From contig NC_045696.1 in assembly GCF_009834535.1 (NCBI RefSeq), positions 22,260,001-22,324,000 on the forward strand: a DNA stretch of 64,000 bases, in the 5' to 3' direction. A program made the translations under genes and the position numbers. Below, one piece after another: positions 37,181-50,755 of this stretch. The stretch is from Camelus ferus (taxonomy: Eukaryota). The notes beneath the pieces were generated by a model. The model was not told the DNA's origin. It saw nothing but the letters and a program-made list of their open reading frames with translations, and ran no database searches. Position 1 is the stretch's first letter. The number at the start of each line of letters is the position of its first letter.

Positions 37181-38838
37181 TGAGTGCCTGTCTACACCTC
37201 TTCTGGGAACACATGCCAACCGCATTCCTCCCAGTGTACCTGCCCCCATCAAAGAGGGATTTCACAATAAATAATTCCGACAAACATGTATAATCTGCTT
37301 GGTACATCATGAACCAGTTAAAGTTCCATATGTATCCTAACTCAATGCTTCCTGGAGAGCAGTGTTTAAACATATAGTCAGGGTTATAATCCCAGGTCTG
37401 CCTGAGCCTTGGGTAAAAGTCCAGACAAGTTATTAAATTTTATGTGCTTTCACATTTATAAAAAAGGAGGTGACCTCATGTTTACTGACCGTACACACGA
37501 AAGGCTAGAATTTCCAATGCTACCATATTTCTCTTCCTGGCTCCTTGTTCAGGTTCGCTTGCTTTCAAACCACAGGAAATATTCTGAATGAGTTCCATTT
37601 AACAAAGAGTGCCTTTTTCCAGGAACTTCTTGTGTGTCCACTCAATGACATTGCCAGGACACTGCCTTACCCACCAAGACACCCTGAAGTTGCCACTGGG
37701 GTGCACAACAAAACTGCATTCCTGTTCCTAGTCTCTACCTGCTCTGATACTCATTCTTCAGAAGAGAATGATACTCATAATGGGCCTGGAACCCAACACA
37801 CCTGACTCTCAGTTCTCTGAAACAAATGCAATGAGGTAGACGTTAATGCGGGGGAGACTCCACCAGATGAGTGTGGCAGGCAACTCCAGCAAGCAGCATT
37901 TCCCACATAAAGTGGGTCCCTAAAGGTCCCCCCAAACCTGACACCTTAGGTGACAGGGGAAATTGACTGTCACAGAACAGAGCTAGACAGTTGTGATTTT
38001 CTACATGGCAGCCATTGTACTTTTGTGTAAAGCCCACCACAAAAGATTTTAAAAGTATATTTATGAACAACACACCTTTCAGAGTTTTTCAGTTTGCAGG
38101 CATTAGAGTGCTTGTGCATGACCACATCTAGAGAAGGATGATACACTTTGCAATCTTGGACTGTTTACAGAGCAGTTGATATTTACCACCTTAACATCCT
38201 GGAGAGCTACATCCTATTGACCATCTGTCTCATCTCACTTTAAGGATGAAAAACAGTGATGCTCAGGGAGGTTAAATGACCATCTGAGGTTTAATGGCCT
38301 CATCCCAACTCAATATTCCTTCTACCACATTCCATTTCCTTTGTTCTGAATTCTCCAATTATTCATCATAAAAAAAATCACATTTATTCTTTGGGAAATG
38401 CAGTTTGAAAAACCTTAAAGCTCACAAAACAAACAATTTTGAACTGAATGAGACTACATAAAGATTTAAAGATAATTAACTCTTTTTATGTTTCAAAAAC
38501 GTAGGCTGAGGCCCAGGAAATGAAGAGGTTCTATTTACTTCTCAGGGCAAATCGGAGGATGACACACAAAAAAACCTGGATCTTCTAACTCCTGGCTTAG
38601 GGTTCTTATCCTGAATCACCGAATTTCTTCGTTTTCTTTCAAATTCCTCCATGAATTTCACAAAGAAGTTGGTCACATTTTTTTCTATCCAAAAAAAGCA
38701 AGTTTTATGCTACTTGAGGACTTCAGAATTACTTCAGATATTTAAAATTATTACTCTGAAAAACTAAGCTTTGTCTCACATAAATGATGCTGTGACCACT
38801 CGCTCTGTTAATAAGTAACATTAACATAAATAACTTAC

Positions 38839-39043
38839 CAAGAACTGTAAGCTGAATCTTCTTATTTCCAACACCAGGAGCTTTTTTCACTTTGCACTGA
38901 TAGGTGCCAATATCTGACAACTGTAAGTTTGTTACGTTTATTGATGCATCACCAGATTTGAGATCACTACTTGTAAAATGTACTCGTCCCTTCAGATCTT
39001 GATAGTAGTCATCATAAATTTTGTCTCCAGAATATAAAATAAT
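38839..39043 (-). CDS. CXADR: CXADR exon 3 (205 bp): second half of D1
   Basis: ttcttttag|ATT acceptor, G|gtaagt donor. Reads [68 protein letters not shown], with an NVT sequon. Confidence 0.98.
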
Positions 39044-41780
39044 CTAAAAGAAAATCAAAATAAGACAGGGAGGAAAACACACAAGCAAGCAAGCAAACCC
39101 TGTCTCATTAGGAGCTCTGGGTACACCATGGTACTGTGGGATCAGAAAAAAGAATAAGGACACAGTGACACGAGGAAATCTATAGTTATGCAAACCACAG
39201 ATCAAGAAAACAGGAAGAGACCAATATGATACTTGAGTATGGTCGCACACTGCCATTTTAAATGGGGAAACCAAGCCCCACAATGATTTAGCAATACAGC
39301 CCTACATCAGAGTGATTGGGTGAAACTGGACAAGAACACAGATTTGTGATAACACTATTTTTCAGCTGCCTCAAGAGGATGCAGTTAGCCAATCAAGTGT
39401 GTAAAATCAAGTACATACCAACACTACTACTCCCCAAAAAGGGCTCATGATAATTTACCTGTGGAATTTAACAACAAAACATTCTTTGGTCTTCATATAC
39501 TAAGTTGGGGGCACCTGAAGGTTCTACGCTCTAATAGATAAGATCATAAAATAAACCTCTTAAGATGTGTGTGTCCAGCCAGGTTAACAGGACCTTTCAA
39601 TTAACCTTCTGTGACTAACAGCAAAGGCCCTGCCTAATTCCACTGAATTTTCTGAACCACTGTTACAGGATTTGATGGAAATAACTAAAGGTTAGATTTA
39701 GAGGGAAAATAAATTCTGTTAAACTAGACCTGGAAAAGAACTATAATTGTTACCTCTGACAATCACTAAAACTAATTTAACAAACTTTATAATCTTTAAT
39801 TCGCTAATGAAATCCTTCATTGTGGCCATCCGAGACCAAAAGGCCAAAGAGCGGTGGTGTGGCCAAATCAGAAAACAAGACTGCCAATAATTTTTTATCT
39901 GAGATGTTTACTGTGAACAGTGAAGCCGGAACTGGTGCCATCTACAGAAATTTCTCCAGGGCATGGACCTGGGTTCTCCTATTACCACCTCCCCTACCAG
40001 CTGACCCCACTCCTAATTCACTAGAGTCTTTATTTATATATTAAGTGTCTGCATGGAGGAAGATGCAATACCAGTTTGCTAAGTAAAAAAAGCAGCAGCT
40101 GAAGGGGCCACGAGAACTTCCTCTGTAAACACAAGCCATCACCGCCTTTGCTCCACCTTCCCCCACACTCGCAGGTCAACAGCAACACGGGGAACTCCTC
40201 CAATGAGACTGTCTCTTCCTCTGTATTAAGTACCGGCTCTCTTGTGAAAAGCCACAAAGTTCAATCCATTGTACTTTCAGTCCCTCATTTTGCTATACAC
40301 ACACTTTACTAGTCTTTCAAGGAGGGCCTGACAAATAAACTGTCCCCACTGTTAGTCATTTTTGTAAACTATCTTAGTATTTTCCCATGAAAACAATCTT
40401 ATAAACGGTAGTTAAGAAATGGGGAAGTAACATTTACCAGGGAATTTTGATTTCTCTTCAAAACCCTGCCAGGATGGTGGCATTATCCACGTTGAACCTT
40501 TAACCTGATCACAACAGGGAATAAGAATGGAAAATTTCTCCAGCCCAGTCCCCTACCACACTGCCCGCCAGCTTGAAAACACTAAAATAAGGGTTTAGCT
40601 AGCATTATAATGCAGCCAGAATTCTATGTAAGCATCCTCTACTGCATCAATCTCTCCCCCAGCCTTTCTGTCTTTTATTTTGGTCTCATTTTTGCTGTGT
40701 TTTAGGTTAGAGGCTAGGTTTCCCACTCAGCACAGAAGTCCCGCGGGCAGCGAGGCTGGGCCTCCCACTCAGCACAGAAGTCCTTGGGTTCTCCTTGCAT
40801 GAAGGACACACAAGGCTACAGGACACACTGCACCTTTTGGTCTCTAGACACCCCTTGTCACAGGGCTTCACCCATAAGTCTTAAGCCAGAAGAATTTAAG
40901 ACCCATGCTCTCAGAGAGTGGACAAGATGGTGAAGCAGAAGGATGCTCTTAGCTCACCCTCTCCCACGAATACACCGAGACAGACATCCACCCACCCATT
41001 CACTCAGAACACCTCTTGAACTTTGACAGAGCACTGCCTTCTTCAGAAGACAAAATTCGTCGCCAGCCTGATGTTCCTCAGTTTACAATGGGGGTACGTC
41101 CAGATAAACCCATAGTATCAGTGATGATAAAGCAAAAGCCCAGTAGTGATTCAGTTCTTACTATGGTCTACGAAGTGCTCTAAAATTCTATCATCAATGG
41201 AAACTTCCCAAGTTATCATATGGAACTACCCATCCAGTCATGGATTAATCCCCACAATCAATGACCCATTAGTGCCAATTTCATTCAACAGACATCCCTA
41301 GTGCCTGTTATATAAAAAGGTTCTCTGTTACATGCCGTTATGAAAGTTGAAAGAAAAAATGAGTAAGACCCATGCTCTCCATTCATACACCTTAATCAAG
41401 GACCCAGTCCTGGACTCTGAAGAGGGATGGGCACTGCACCGGCACAGGAGTCGGGGGTGTGCAGGACCTCAGGTAGAAGCCTGCATTCAGGGTGCTGGCA
41501 CTGCCATGGAGGGGGGTGGGGGGAGCAGACAGTGAAGAGCAAGACAGGAGAGACAAGGGTATCAGGCTGAGTATGAGTCAGGCTGGCACCAGAATTAGGG
41601 CAATTATCCTTGAAGGAGGTGACCCTAATCATTTACAACTTGGGAGAGCTCCTTCATTTTTCTGTCACAAATACATCATGGACAGATTGCCTGTATTTGC
41701 CAAAAATAGTTAATTACCTAACTGCACTGATTCAGCCATTAAATGGCTGGATAACCACTTCTTTAATATAGATCGTAAGT

Positions 41781-41824
<44 letters not shown>
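41781..41824. repeat. A-tract followed by (TA)n
   Basis: Direct reading. Confidence 0.95.
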
Positions 41825-41827
<3 letters not shown>

Positions 41828-42074
41828 AATATTCTTCTAAGTATTTGAACTTGTTTTTCCTCCCTGGTCTAATTTATTAACATTGATTTTTGTTTTTAAA
41901 TTCAATGTCAGATGAAGCTACTACGAAGCATTCTCAATTAAATGAAATATTCTGGCACCATTAAAAGGCAAAGTGTGATATATGTATTTGCAGATGAGGT
42001 TGAAACCAAGTCCCATAGAATTAACAGAAACTGGTGACTAACAGAAATTCTTGTGCTAGTCCTACAAAACAGCA

Positions 42075-42597
42075 TGTAAGAAAACAGCTAGTTAAAAACC
42101 CCTCCACTTGTCCCCTGCCTTAATTTTTGACTCCTTAACCACCTTTATAGATAATGCCTCTGACATTCTGGTCACTATAGCAATGGGAGAGCTAAGTTGT
42201 TTCCAGGAACTTGGAGTTGGCTCCTGTGGGACCAACGACCCTAAAACTGGGCATGGGCAGGTAACCAGGGAACAATCTTCTGACGTCAGAGGGGTGAAAA
42301 CCCCAGCCTCAGATCACGTGCCTCATGAAAAAACACGTAACTCAGATTCACCTGTACAAAACATAGATTACCTCACCTTTTCCCTAACTCCAATCACCTT
42401 TCCCTATGCCTACGAGCACTCTGCTGCTTTGTCTCACAAACATCTCAAACCTCTTGCCTTTAGGAAGGCAAGGCTGAGATTTGTTCTTCTGCCTCCTCAT
42501 TTGGCCGATTTCTGAATAACTCTTTCTCTGTTGCAAATCTCACCATCTCAGTGTCTGTCTTGCTGCACGTTGGCCAAACGAACCTGGATCAGTAGCA
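42075..42597 (+). mobile_element. Probable solo ERV LTR in CXADR intron 2, antisense to CXADR
   Basis: TG...CA termini, about 520 bp, decayed poly(A) signal (gaataactct) followed by a U5-like tail. No clean TSD and family not identified. Confidence 0.6.
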
Positions 42598-42700
42598 AGG
42601 TTGTCGGGCAACTTTTCTCCCTGGTGCTCCTTTTGGCTTTTCAAGTTTTCTACATTAGGCTCTTATTATTTTGTAATTAGAAAAATTCTACAGCAATATC

Positions 42701-43033
42701 GTTATCTGTTGGTATCCATGGGGCATCAGTTCTGGACCTCCCCCCTTTCTCCTTCCCCTCCTCAGATGCCAGGAGAGGCAGCTGCATGTGTTCGCGTCCC
42801 TCATATAAGATGACATACGTGCATATAACTTACATGCACCCTCCCATATACTTTAAATCATCTCTAGGTTACTTATAATGCGTAACACAAAGCAAATGCT
42901 ATGTAAATCACTGATGGCACGTGGGAAATTCACTTTGCTTTCCGAAATTTCCTAGAATTTTTTTCCCCAAACATTTTCAATCCACAGTTGGCTGAATCCA
43001 TGGATGCAAAACCCAGATACAGAAGGCCAATTG
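42701..43033 (-). mobile_element. MER2-like Tigger element, opposite orientation to 669-1003
   Basis: Reverse-complement similarity to 669-1003 (ttaaatcatctctaggttacttataa; gttggctgaatccatggatg). Confidence 0.7.
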
Positions 43034-43601
43034 CTGTTTCACTTAAGAAATTCAATGTATAGGGTATTTAACTTGAAAAAATACAGAAGACTCTAATAAC
43101 ATGTACCTGTGTTATTCTTAGACGTGTCCCTTGTGCTAATAATGGAATCCTTGTGCGAAATTTAAAAACTCAGTTCTACCTAACTTTTCACGAAGTCTGG
43201 TTTACTCGCTGTCCCCAGCACATTCTGCACTTTCCGGCCAGGCTCTCAGGCCTGCTCCACGTGCCCCTCCCCTGCTCCCTGACTCACACACACTTCCGGA
43301 TCCAGAATTTCAGAACGTTCACGTCCACAAGTTCCTCTTCTTCCACACAGCCTTCTCTAAGAGGTGTGGTGACCTTCTCTTCCTCTGAAACTGTGGATCA
43401 CTTATCCAGTTTGCTCCATTACATATGTGCCCTCGCTTTCCACCAGAGCAACTGCATTCCTTACCCAGACGGTAAGCCGAAGAAGTCTAGGGCTTTCTTC
43501 ACGGCTCCCATGTCCCCCCACCTATGTGACCAACACAGTGACGGACACCTAAGACAAGTTTCCCTGCCATCTGCCAAGTGAGCAGCACGCAGCACACTTA
43601 C

Positions 43602-43768
43602 CACCTGATCCACCTTCTGATTATCAGCTGGAGATAGCAGCCACTCAATGTCCAGCGGGCCCTGGTCTTCTGCACCAAGGGTAAATTTGCATGGCAAATA
43701 GGCAGTTTCCCCTTTGGCCTTTTCAATCATCTGTTCGGGAGTAGTGATGCTCAAACTTCTGGCGAAAT
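43602..43768 (-). CDS. CXADR: CXADR exon 2 (167 bp): end of signal peptide and first half of IgV domain D1
   Basis: ttttctag|AT acceptor, GTG|gtaagt donor. Reads (D)[55 protein letters not shown]. Confidence 0.98.
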
Positions 43769-46700
43769 CTAGAAAATGAAACACGGCCTCAGCACCTGTG
43801 TCAGGCTGGCAGGACACTCAGCACACCTCAGCTGTTCAGAGGGAGTATGGGATGCGGTGGAAACAAGATTCTATTGGGGACCAGAGTAATGAAATTCTAA
43901 TTCAGCAGTTCCCAGTCCTTTAAGTTTGTGCTTCTGTAGAAATAGAATGACAATATTAATACCTATCTTATTCAAAACAATTTCCTTTCAAAGCACTGGG
44001 AACTTCCCAACATTGTATGGAATATAAGCTTTCCTATGTGAAATATAAGAGCCTAGTAGAGGATTTCTGTTATCCAAGCAGATGTTTAAAACTGAATCTG
44101 CTAGAGGCTCTGAAAGGTCAGTTGTGTCGCGCTGATTCAAGGCTACATTAATTCACGCTTGCCATGGTGCCAGGAACACACTGGGAAGGCTTGTCCCTGG
44201 GACACATGCTCATGAATTCTGACACATTTTCTGCCAAGGCATCGTTAATTCCAAATTTTTATTAAACTTCGTTCTGTAACTTTCATTGAATGATTAAAAA
44301 TATTCCTAAACAAATTTTGATGACAATTCAAAAAGAGAGGAAACTGTCACAGTTTATGTATTTTTAAATGTACCAAGTAGTTGACCTCAATATTATCTTT
44401 AAGACATGTCTGTTTATCCCTATTTTCTTTCTGAAAGTCATTATTTTTAAAAGATTATCTTAAAATTTCACAACTTATTCTCAAAATAGTACTCTATGAA
44501 ACTTCCATTTAGATCACAATTAAATAGAGAATTAATGCCAAATGGCAATATTCGAAAAATCTGTAAAAGCAAAAGTAGATGTCCCGAGCCCCAAACAAAA
44601 ATTCCAACATAGATTCTTCCAATTGAGTTTATGAAAGAGATGGCTTAAACCCACTGCAACTCTGAAAGTCTCCTCAGGGCTAATGCTTTTCTGTAACAAA
44701 ACTAGTATCTTTTACGTGCATAAAAGAAAGAAATTAAGCTATGAACAAAATATCAAGTTTAGTCAATTCATTCATAAAATTAAGTCTATTTGCTACATCT
44801 AATAAGACTGCAATCTGAACAGCCAACAACTTAATATAAAATGTAAATTTAGTTTGTAAATGAACTATCAGGCAAAACTTAATTTTTTTTCACTATTTAC
44901 ACTATAAAAGTTTGCACAGCATTAGTCTGTCAGTGTTTTCCTTGTGATAACCCAACAGTTTCTTTTGTGTAATGTATGCAGATCTGAAGTTTCAAAAACA
45001 CAGTTTTCGTTCAGCAGCTCTACTATTTGGACCTCTACATCACCCAACCCTGACATTCAGGGCTGGATGATGACCTGGAAGAGGCTTTAAGCACTAAGGT
45101 TATGATAAGCAGAGCCTGTCTCTCCTCAACCACACACCCCCCACCCCTCTGCCTTCCCACTCCACAGCTCAAACCATAAAAATAAACACAGAGCAAAATT
45201 AAAAGAAAATCCAAGTCTTAATTCTCCATAATGACGGTTTTGATGCTGGTTTTCAAATGATAAACTCCAACAAGAACAAACCAAAATGAAGAATTAAATT
45301 ACTGGTCATCACATGATCCTTTCCATTAGTCCTTAGAAGAGGCTTAATATAACGGACCATCAGTTGTAATAAAATGTTAATAAGGCTGAAGCCAATAGAT
45401 TGAGAATGAAAAGAAAGTTAGGTTACACACAAGATCATTTACATTTAAGCACCGTCCTAAGAGTTTACCACATTTAAGTGCACTCATCAAATAGCAAATT
45501 ACAACTGGACATGGACTCTCTGCAGGCCCTCCCCTAAATCAAAGGCTGGCCTTGTCTGGCCAACAGAACGTAGCCTGAGTACTGCTGCACCAGTTCCAAG
45601 GCTGGGCATCAAGAAGGCTTGCTGCTCCCACTGTGGTCCACTGGGACACGGGCCACCACGTGCACACACCACAGGAGAGAGAAGTGAGAGAAGTGAGGTG
45701 TTGGACCAGCAGCTCCAAGTGCGCGGCATGCAGCCCCCCAGGAACACCAGCCTGGACTCCAGCCCCAGAAGCCCGGGCAGGATGGTGAACTCACACGTGA
45801 GTTAAAGCCACTAAAGTTTGTGTTGTTTTGTTACACAGCAAAGATTGATGATGTGCCATCTAAAGCCACTGATTCAGCCCAAACGGACTACTTACCATCT
45901 CCACAAAAATCCACACTATGCCAATCTTCATTTCATGTCCACATTTCTGTTTTAAATGATATGATTTGATATTCATGTGTATAATCTCAACTATCTCTCC
46001 TGATTAACATTCAAGTCTCTGAATAAATACATTCTATCATTTCTAATAATCTCAGTTCCATTCCTACGTCGCTCACTCTGGCATCCCTCTACATCTCTAG
46101 CCTACAAGGATTTTTCTTTCCGTCTTCCTAGGAATGCTCACAGTGCCTTCCTTTCTGCGGTCTCTCTCACCCATTTGGCACTCAGCGTATACTGTCTTTT
46201 ATTTTTTCCCTTTTATAAATTTGAATTGTGAAGTTGACTCAGGTAGGCTCCACGGTTTTTGTCATATATTCTACACATCAATGCACTTGTCTTCTTCCCA
46301 TATTACCTTGTATCTTTACGTGAATTTTTAAAATGAATGCCCTGATTCACCATCGAATCATTAGCTCCGTTAGGGTCAGGAGAAACTGCGGGTATCTTTA
46401 TCTCCTGTTTGTGGTTCCTTGCACATTAGTAGAAAGGAACTGATGACTGAATTATAAGTTTGATCAATTTAAGAAATGTTGAAAATGAGCATTCATCTGC
46501 CAGAAGAGGTCCTGCTCCTTGAAGATTTCCTGTCCACAGCAACTACAAATGTTGTCTGCACTTAATTTGTCTGAGTATGAACACCTTACATATGAAGTAA
46601 GGTAAGAACAATCTAAGTACAGTCCAGAATGAGAATTCCATTTCAAAATGAATCCAGAAACATCTCAAAAACACGAAGGCAAGAACGTATGCGAGAATGA

Positions 46701-49019
46701 AAATTTGCTATAAAAGCAATTAAAGTTTCCTGGTTTCTCTGTGCTTCTAGAGTTTTTATTTTATAAAAATCAAATCAAATTTAAAAGGCCATCAATTAGA
46801 CATCGAGATGACTAAAAGTTCAAATCCTCTTAATCCATGCTCTCAGTACTTACAGCACAGTCATTAGAATAAAATGTAAGTTTGTTTTCATGATAGTATC
46901 ATTCTTTCTTGTTTGATACATTAAAATTACTTTTCTCTTAAAAGTATCTGAGGAAACATTTATTTACATGTGTATGAAAATGACCTGGATAGATAAACTG
47001 TTAGCAGTTACTTTTTTAAAACTGAGATTTAAAGGTGAGCTTTATAATGAGATTTTCTTAATATGAATACTGCTAAAGACATTTTAAACAGATTTCTAAA
47101 TGGCTTTCAGTATTTCTTTCTCCAAAAATGTTTAAAACATTCAGCTGCTCTTCATTGCGCTGCACTAGAAATGAATTAAAATCTCAAGATGGTACAAAAC
47201 AGTTATTGGGTCTCCTAGCAACGCTGAAAGGGCCTCTCTGCACAGAGGCATAGTTTCTCAAGTGTTGATGTATGCAACAGTCACAAATTGCAGAAGACAA
47301 AAGGCAGACATTTGGTCTCACGCAGTGTTTTGGGATAGTCTTTCTTAATGCTGCCCAATTCCATTTATGCAGCAAACTGAGTTATAATTTAACATGCAGG
47401 TTCAAACATGGTCTCAAAACTAAATCAAATAACAAATCTTGTGATTTTACTCAAACTTCTATTCAGAGTGTGGTGAAATACAGAGCATGTGATCAACCAC
47501 GAGGACCTGCAGAGTCCTGTTAGTAAGTGCCCAGCACTGGATTATATAAATAAACAAGCTGAATCACGTCCCATTTTGTCCGTGACTGAAATAACATCTC
47601 CCAGTTTTCTACTTGTTTCTCTAATCTCTGAATTCCAAATCTCTTGAGTCTGCAGAGCCTCTCTTCTGCCCAGTCTGACCTTTATCTGAGCAGCAAAATG
47701 ACATGAGCTCCTCGGAGTATCTTTTGGCTACGAGGCTGTCACCTTCTGCTAAGGCCTTGGACCTGCTTCTCCCCTCAATGGAGCAGCACTGGAGATAAGG
47801 CAGGGCACATCTTCTCCAGAAGGCAGGCAGTGTTGGAACTGATAAACTGCCTTATATTTCTTTAATTTCAAGTTTAAGTCACATGTTAACCTAAATGACC
47901 AGAATGGTCCTCAGCTATCTTTCCCTTCTGGCAACCTTAAAATCAAAGGAAGCTGGACTGTGCTCATGAAACTTTATGGTTGATTAAAAAAAAAAATAAG
48001 TAAATGTGTGGGAACTTTCAATGAGGTTTTGACTGAGGAAAGCCATAAAGAAAAATAGAGAACACAAAAGCGATGAAGAAAAACACAAACACTTAACTAT
48101 ATTAAAAAAATTCAGGTTAGAAAAAAAAATCACCATTTAGCTTTCAATAAAACTTGCTGTAGGAAGATTTTCTGCTCTTCTGTCACTGAGGAAATGAAAC
48201 AAAAAGAATGGTGTGAAGCACGTTTTCCATGTATTTACCCATATGTGGAGCCTGCCAGTGATGGGATAGGCAGTTTTTGCACAAGAGTCCTGAATTCCAG
48301 CAGTGCTGGGTAAGGTGCTTCCCCCTGGGCAGAGAGAGGGGCTCCTACAGCTCTCATCTAGAGACCTAGGCAATCAATGAAGCACTTCACTACAGCAGAA
48401 TCAAAGGGCATTCGAGCAATTCTGGACCCAGGTAAGCAGGTCACAATTCTGTGATACGCTGAGGAAAGCAGAGGCAAGCAAAGTTCACAGGCCCAAGTAC
48501 TTCTGCACAGGAGAATGGAAACAGAAAAGGCCACAGAAGGCCCAAGTGTTGGAAACTGACTGCAGCACACACGGAGTCCAACTTACTGTCAACACAATCA
48601 GAGGCCTGTGAAACGTCAATGTGCAAACCCACAGGACCTACTATGTGCAAGTACTCTGTAGTAGGATGACATCTGAAAACCACCCCCAAAGTCCAACAGG
48701 CGGCATCTGAAAACAACCTAAACACCTAGTAACAGGCAGGAAATTAGGCTAAGAAATCCAAGCTCCTCTACCTAGGACAAAGAACTAGCGAAATACACTA
48801 GACCAGAACTAGTCCCCTCCAGCAAAAAGACCTTAATAAAATATGGCTCTGGCATAGTAAAATCAGTTCCTACTCACAGTAATGGAAGCTGGACTGATAT
48901 TTACCTGATGGCAGAGATAGTCACCTAAGCCAATAAGATCTTTCAGAAAGAACATGACCTTTAACACATACACATGTAATAATAAATATACAAATGTAAT
49001 AATATGGTGGGGGGGGGGC

Positions 49020-49172
49020 TGTGCAAGGAACTGAATAGTGTCCCATCAAAATTTCTGGTGAAGCCCTAACCACCTCCACATGACTGTGCTGGAGATAGGA
49101 CCTTTAAGGAGGTGATTATGTTAAATGAGGTCATGAGGGTGGAGCCCTAATCCAATAATTGGCACCTCCTTA
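49020..49172 (+). mobile_element. MLT1A-like LTR 5' fragment
   Basis: ggagataggacctttaaggaggtgatta...gggtggagccctaatcca. Confidence 0.75.
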
Positions 49173-49185
49173 ATATAACTTTAAT

Positions 49186-49935
49186 GTTATGATTTATAAT
49201 AAAAAATACATTATTTAGTCTGTGTCCCAGTTCCTTGCACAGGGCTCCTGAGTGATAAATGTGTCTTTTGTTACGATAATGAAGTGACTTAAGAAAATCC
49301 CTAAGCAACCAGGGGAACCAATCACTCAATTAGAGGATTGGAACTTCCGGTACACCCCCCCCCCCGCCCCGCCCCATCCCCGGGGAAGGAGATGGGTGAG
49401 GGGCTGGAGATTGAGATCATTCACCAGCAGCCAATGATTTCATCAACCATGTCCTGTAATGAAACTTCTACAAAAACCCAAATGGACAGTGTTAGGGTAA
49501 GAGAGCTTCTGGGCTGGTGGGGAGAGCAGCGTGCTCAGAGAGCATGAAAGTGCCATGCCCTGTGCCCATACCGTGCCCTCTGCATCTCGTCCACTTGGCT
49601 GTGTATCCTTTTAAATAAGCCGTGATTAAGCTCTGTGAGCCGCCCTAGTAAAGTAATCAAACCTGAGGAGAGAGGATTGTGGGAACCTCAGACAGACAGC
49701 AGGTTGGTCAGAAGCACAGGCAACCACCTGAATCAGCATCTGATTCGGGGCGGGGTGGACAGACAGGTGGCAGTGTTGTGGGACTGACCCTCATTAACCT
49801 GTGGGAGCTGACCCTATCTCCAGGCAGACAGTGTCCAAGCTGAGATGAACTGCAGGACACCTAGTTGGTGTCAAAGAATTACTCGGTGACATGGGAAAAA
49901 CAACAACAAAACCACACACATCAGAATTGGTGCCC
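49186..49935 (+). mobile_element. MER21-like ERVL LTR
   Basis: gggctggagattgag...ccaatgatttcatcaaccatg...ctgtgagccgccctagtaaagtaatcaaacctgagg...caggacacctagttggtgtc. Confidence 0.7.
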
Positions 49936-50690
49936 GAATCAAAAAGCCTCAAATCCAACCATTTTTACCTTCATCCAGGCCACAACTATCTCTCAGGAGG
50001 ACTCAGCCCACGTCCTTCCCCGCATCCACCCCCTCACTCTAACCATCTCCATGCTTCACCCCGAGTGTTCTCTGATCGTTTTCTGAAACACGTCTGAGAA
50101 CCCCTGCCCCACACTGATTGCCGCTGTGCGCCCCAGGCAGTTCTCCATCCTCTCTCCCCACTGAGCACACACACTTTACAACACTGCCTTCCCTGCTCCA
50201 GCCCACCTTTTAACCTCACTCTTCTTACTTTGGTCTCAGTTCAGGCATTTCCCCAGAAAATGTTCTTTGTGTCCAGACATGGACTGAATCCGATATTGCT
50301 CCTCAGGCAACTGACGAGGCCTCCATCCTAAGCACTTTTCCTGCTTTGCTGAAGCTGCTTCTTCACCGTGTGTCCTTCTGCCCTGTACCTTCAGTAAATA
50401 GTTCACATTTGACTTAGAAGCCGAAGCTGCTTGATTATCATTGATATCCTTCAGCATAGCAAATTTTCTGGTACTCAGCTTTAAAAAAAAAAAAAAGTGA
50501 AAGGAAAAACTCACAGGCACAAGTAGCACCTTCGCATAAGAGAAGGGAAACAGGATCCACCAGAAATCAAAGCTGTTCCATTTCAAAATAGTGGAGAAAG
50601 GTTAACAAGATGCATTATTGCCAAAAATAGGTGAAAATGAGTTAAGACCTTTCTCTTTCAAAGATGGAACCACAACAGTGAAAGCATCCT

Positions 50691-50755
50691 TCTACACTGG
50701 AATTTGACACAACATTGTAAAAAATGTTAAAAAACAAAAAACCAAAAAAAAACAA
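50691..50755 (+). mobile_element. 65-bp L1 3' tail with perfect 17-bp TSD
   Basis: AACAGTGAAAGCATCCT at 50674-50690 and 50756-50772; insert tacactggaatttgacacaacattgtaaa plus A-rich tail. Confidence 0.85.

Noticed and set aside
40710..40783. CRISPR-like repeat-spacer
   Set aside because: Only two copies, eukaryotic intron, no cas genes.
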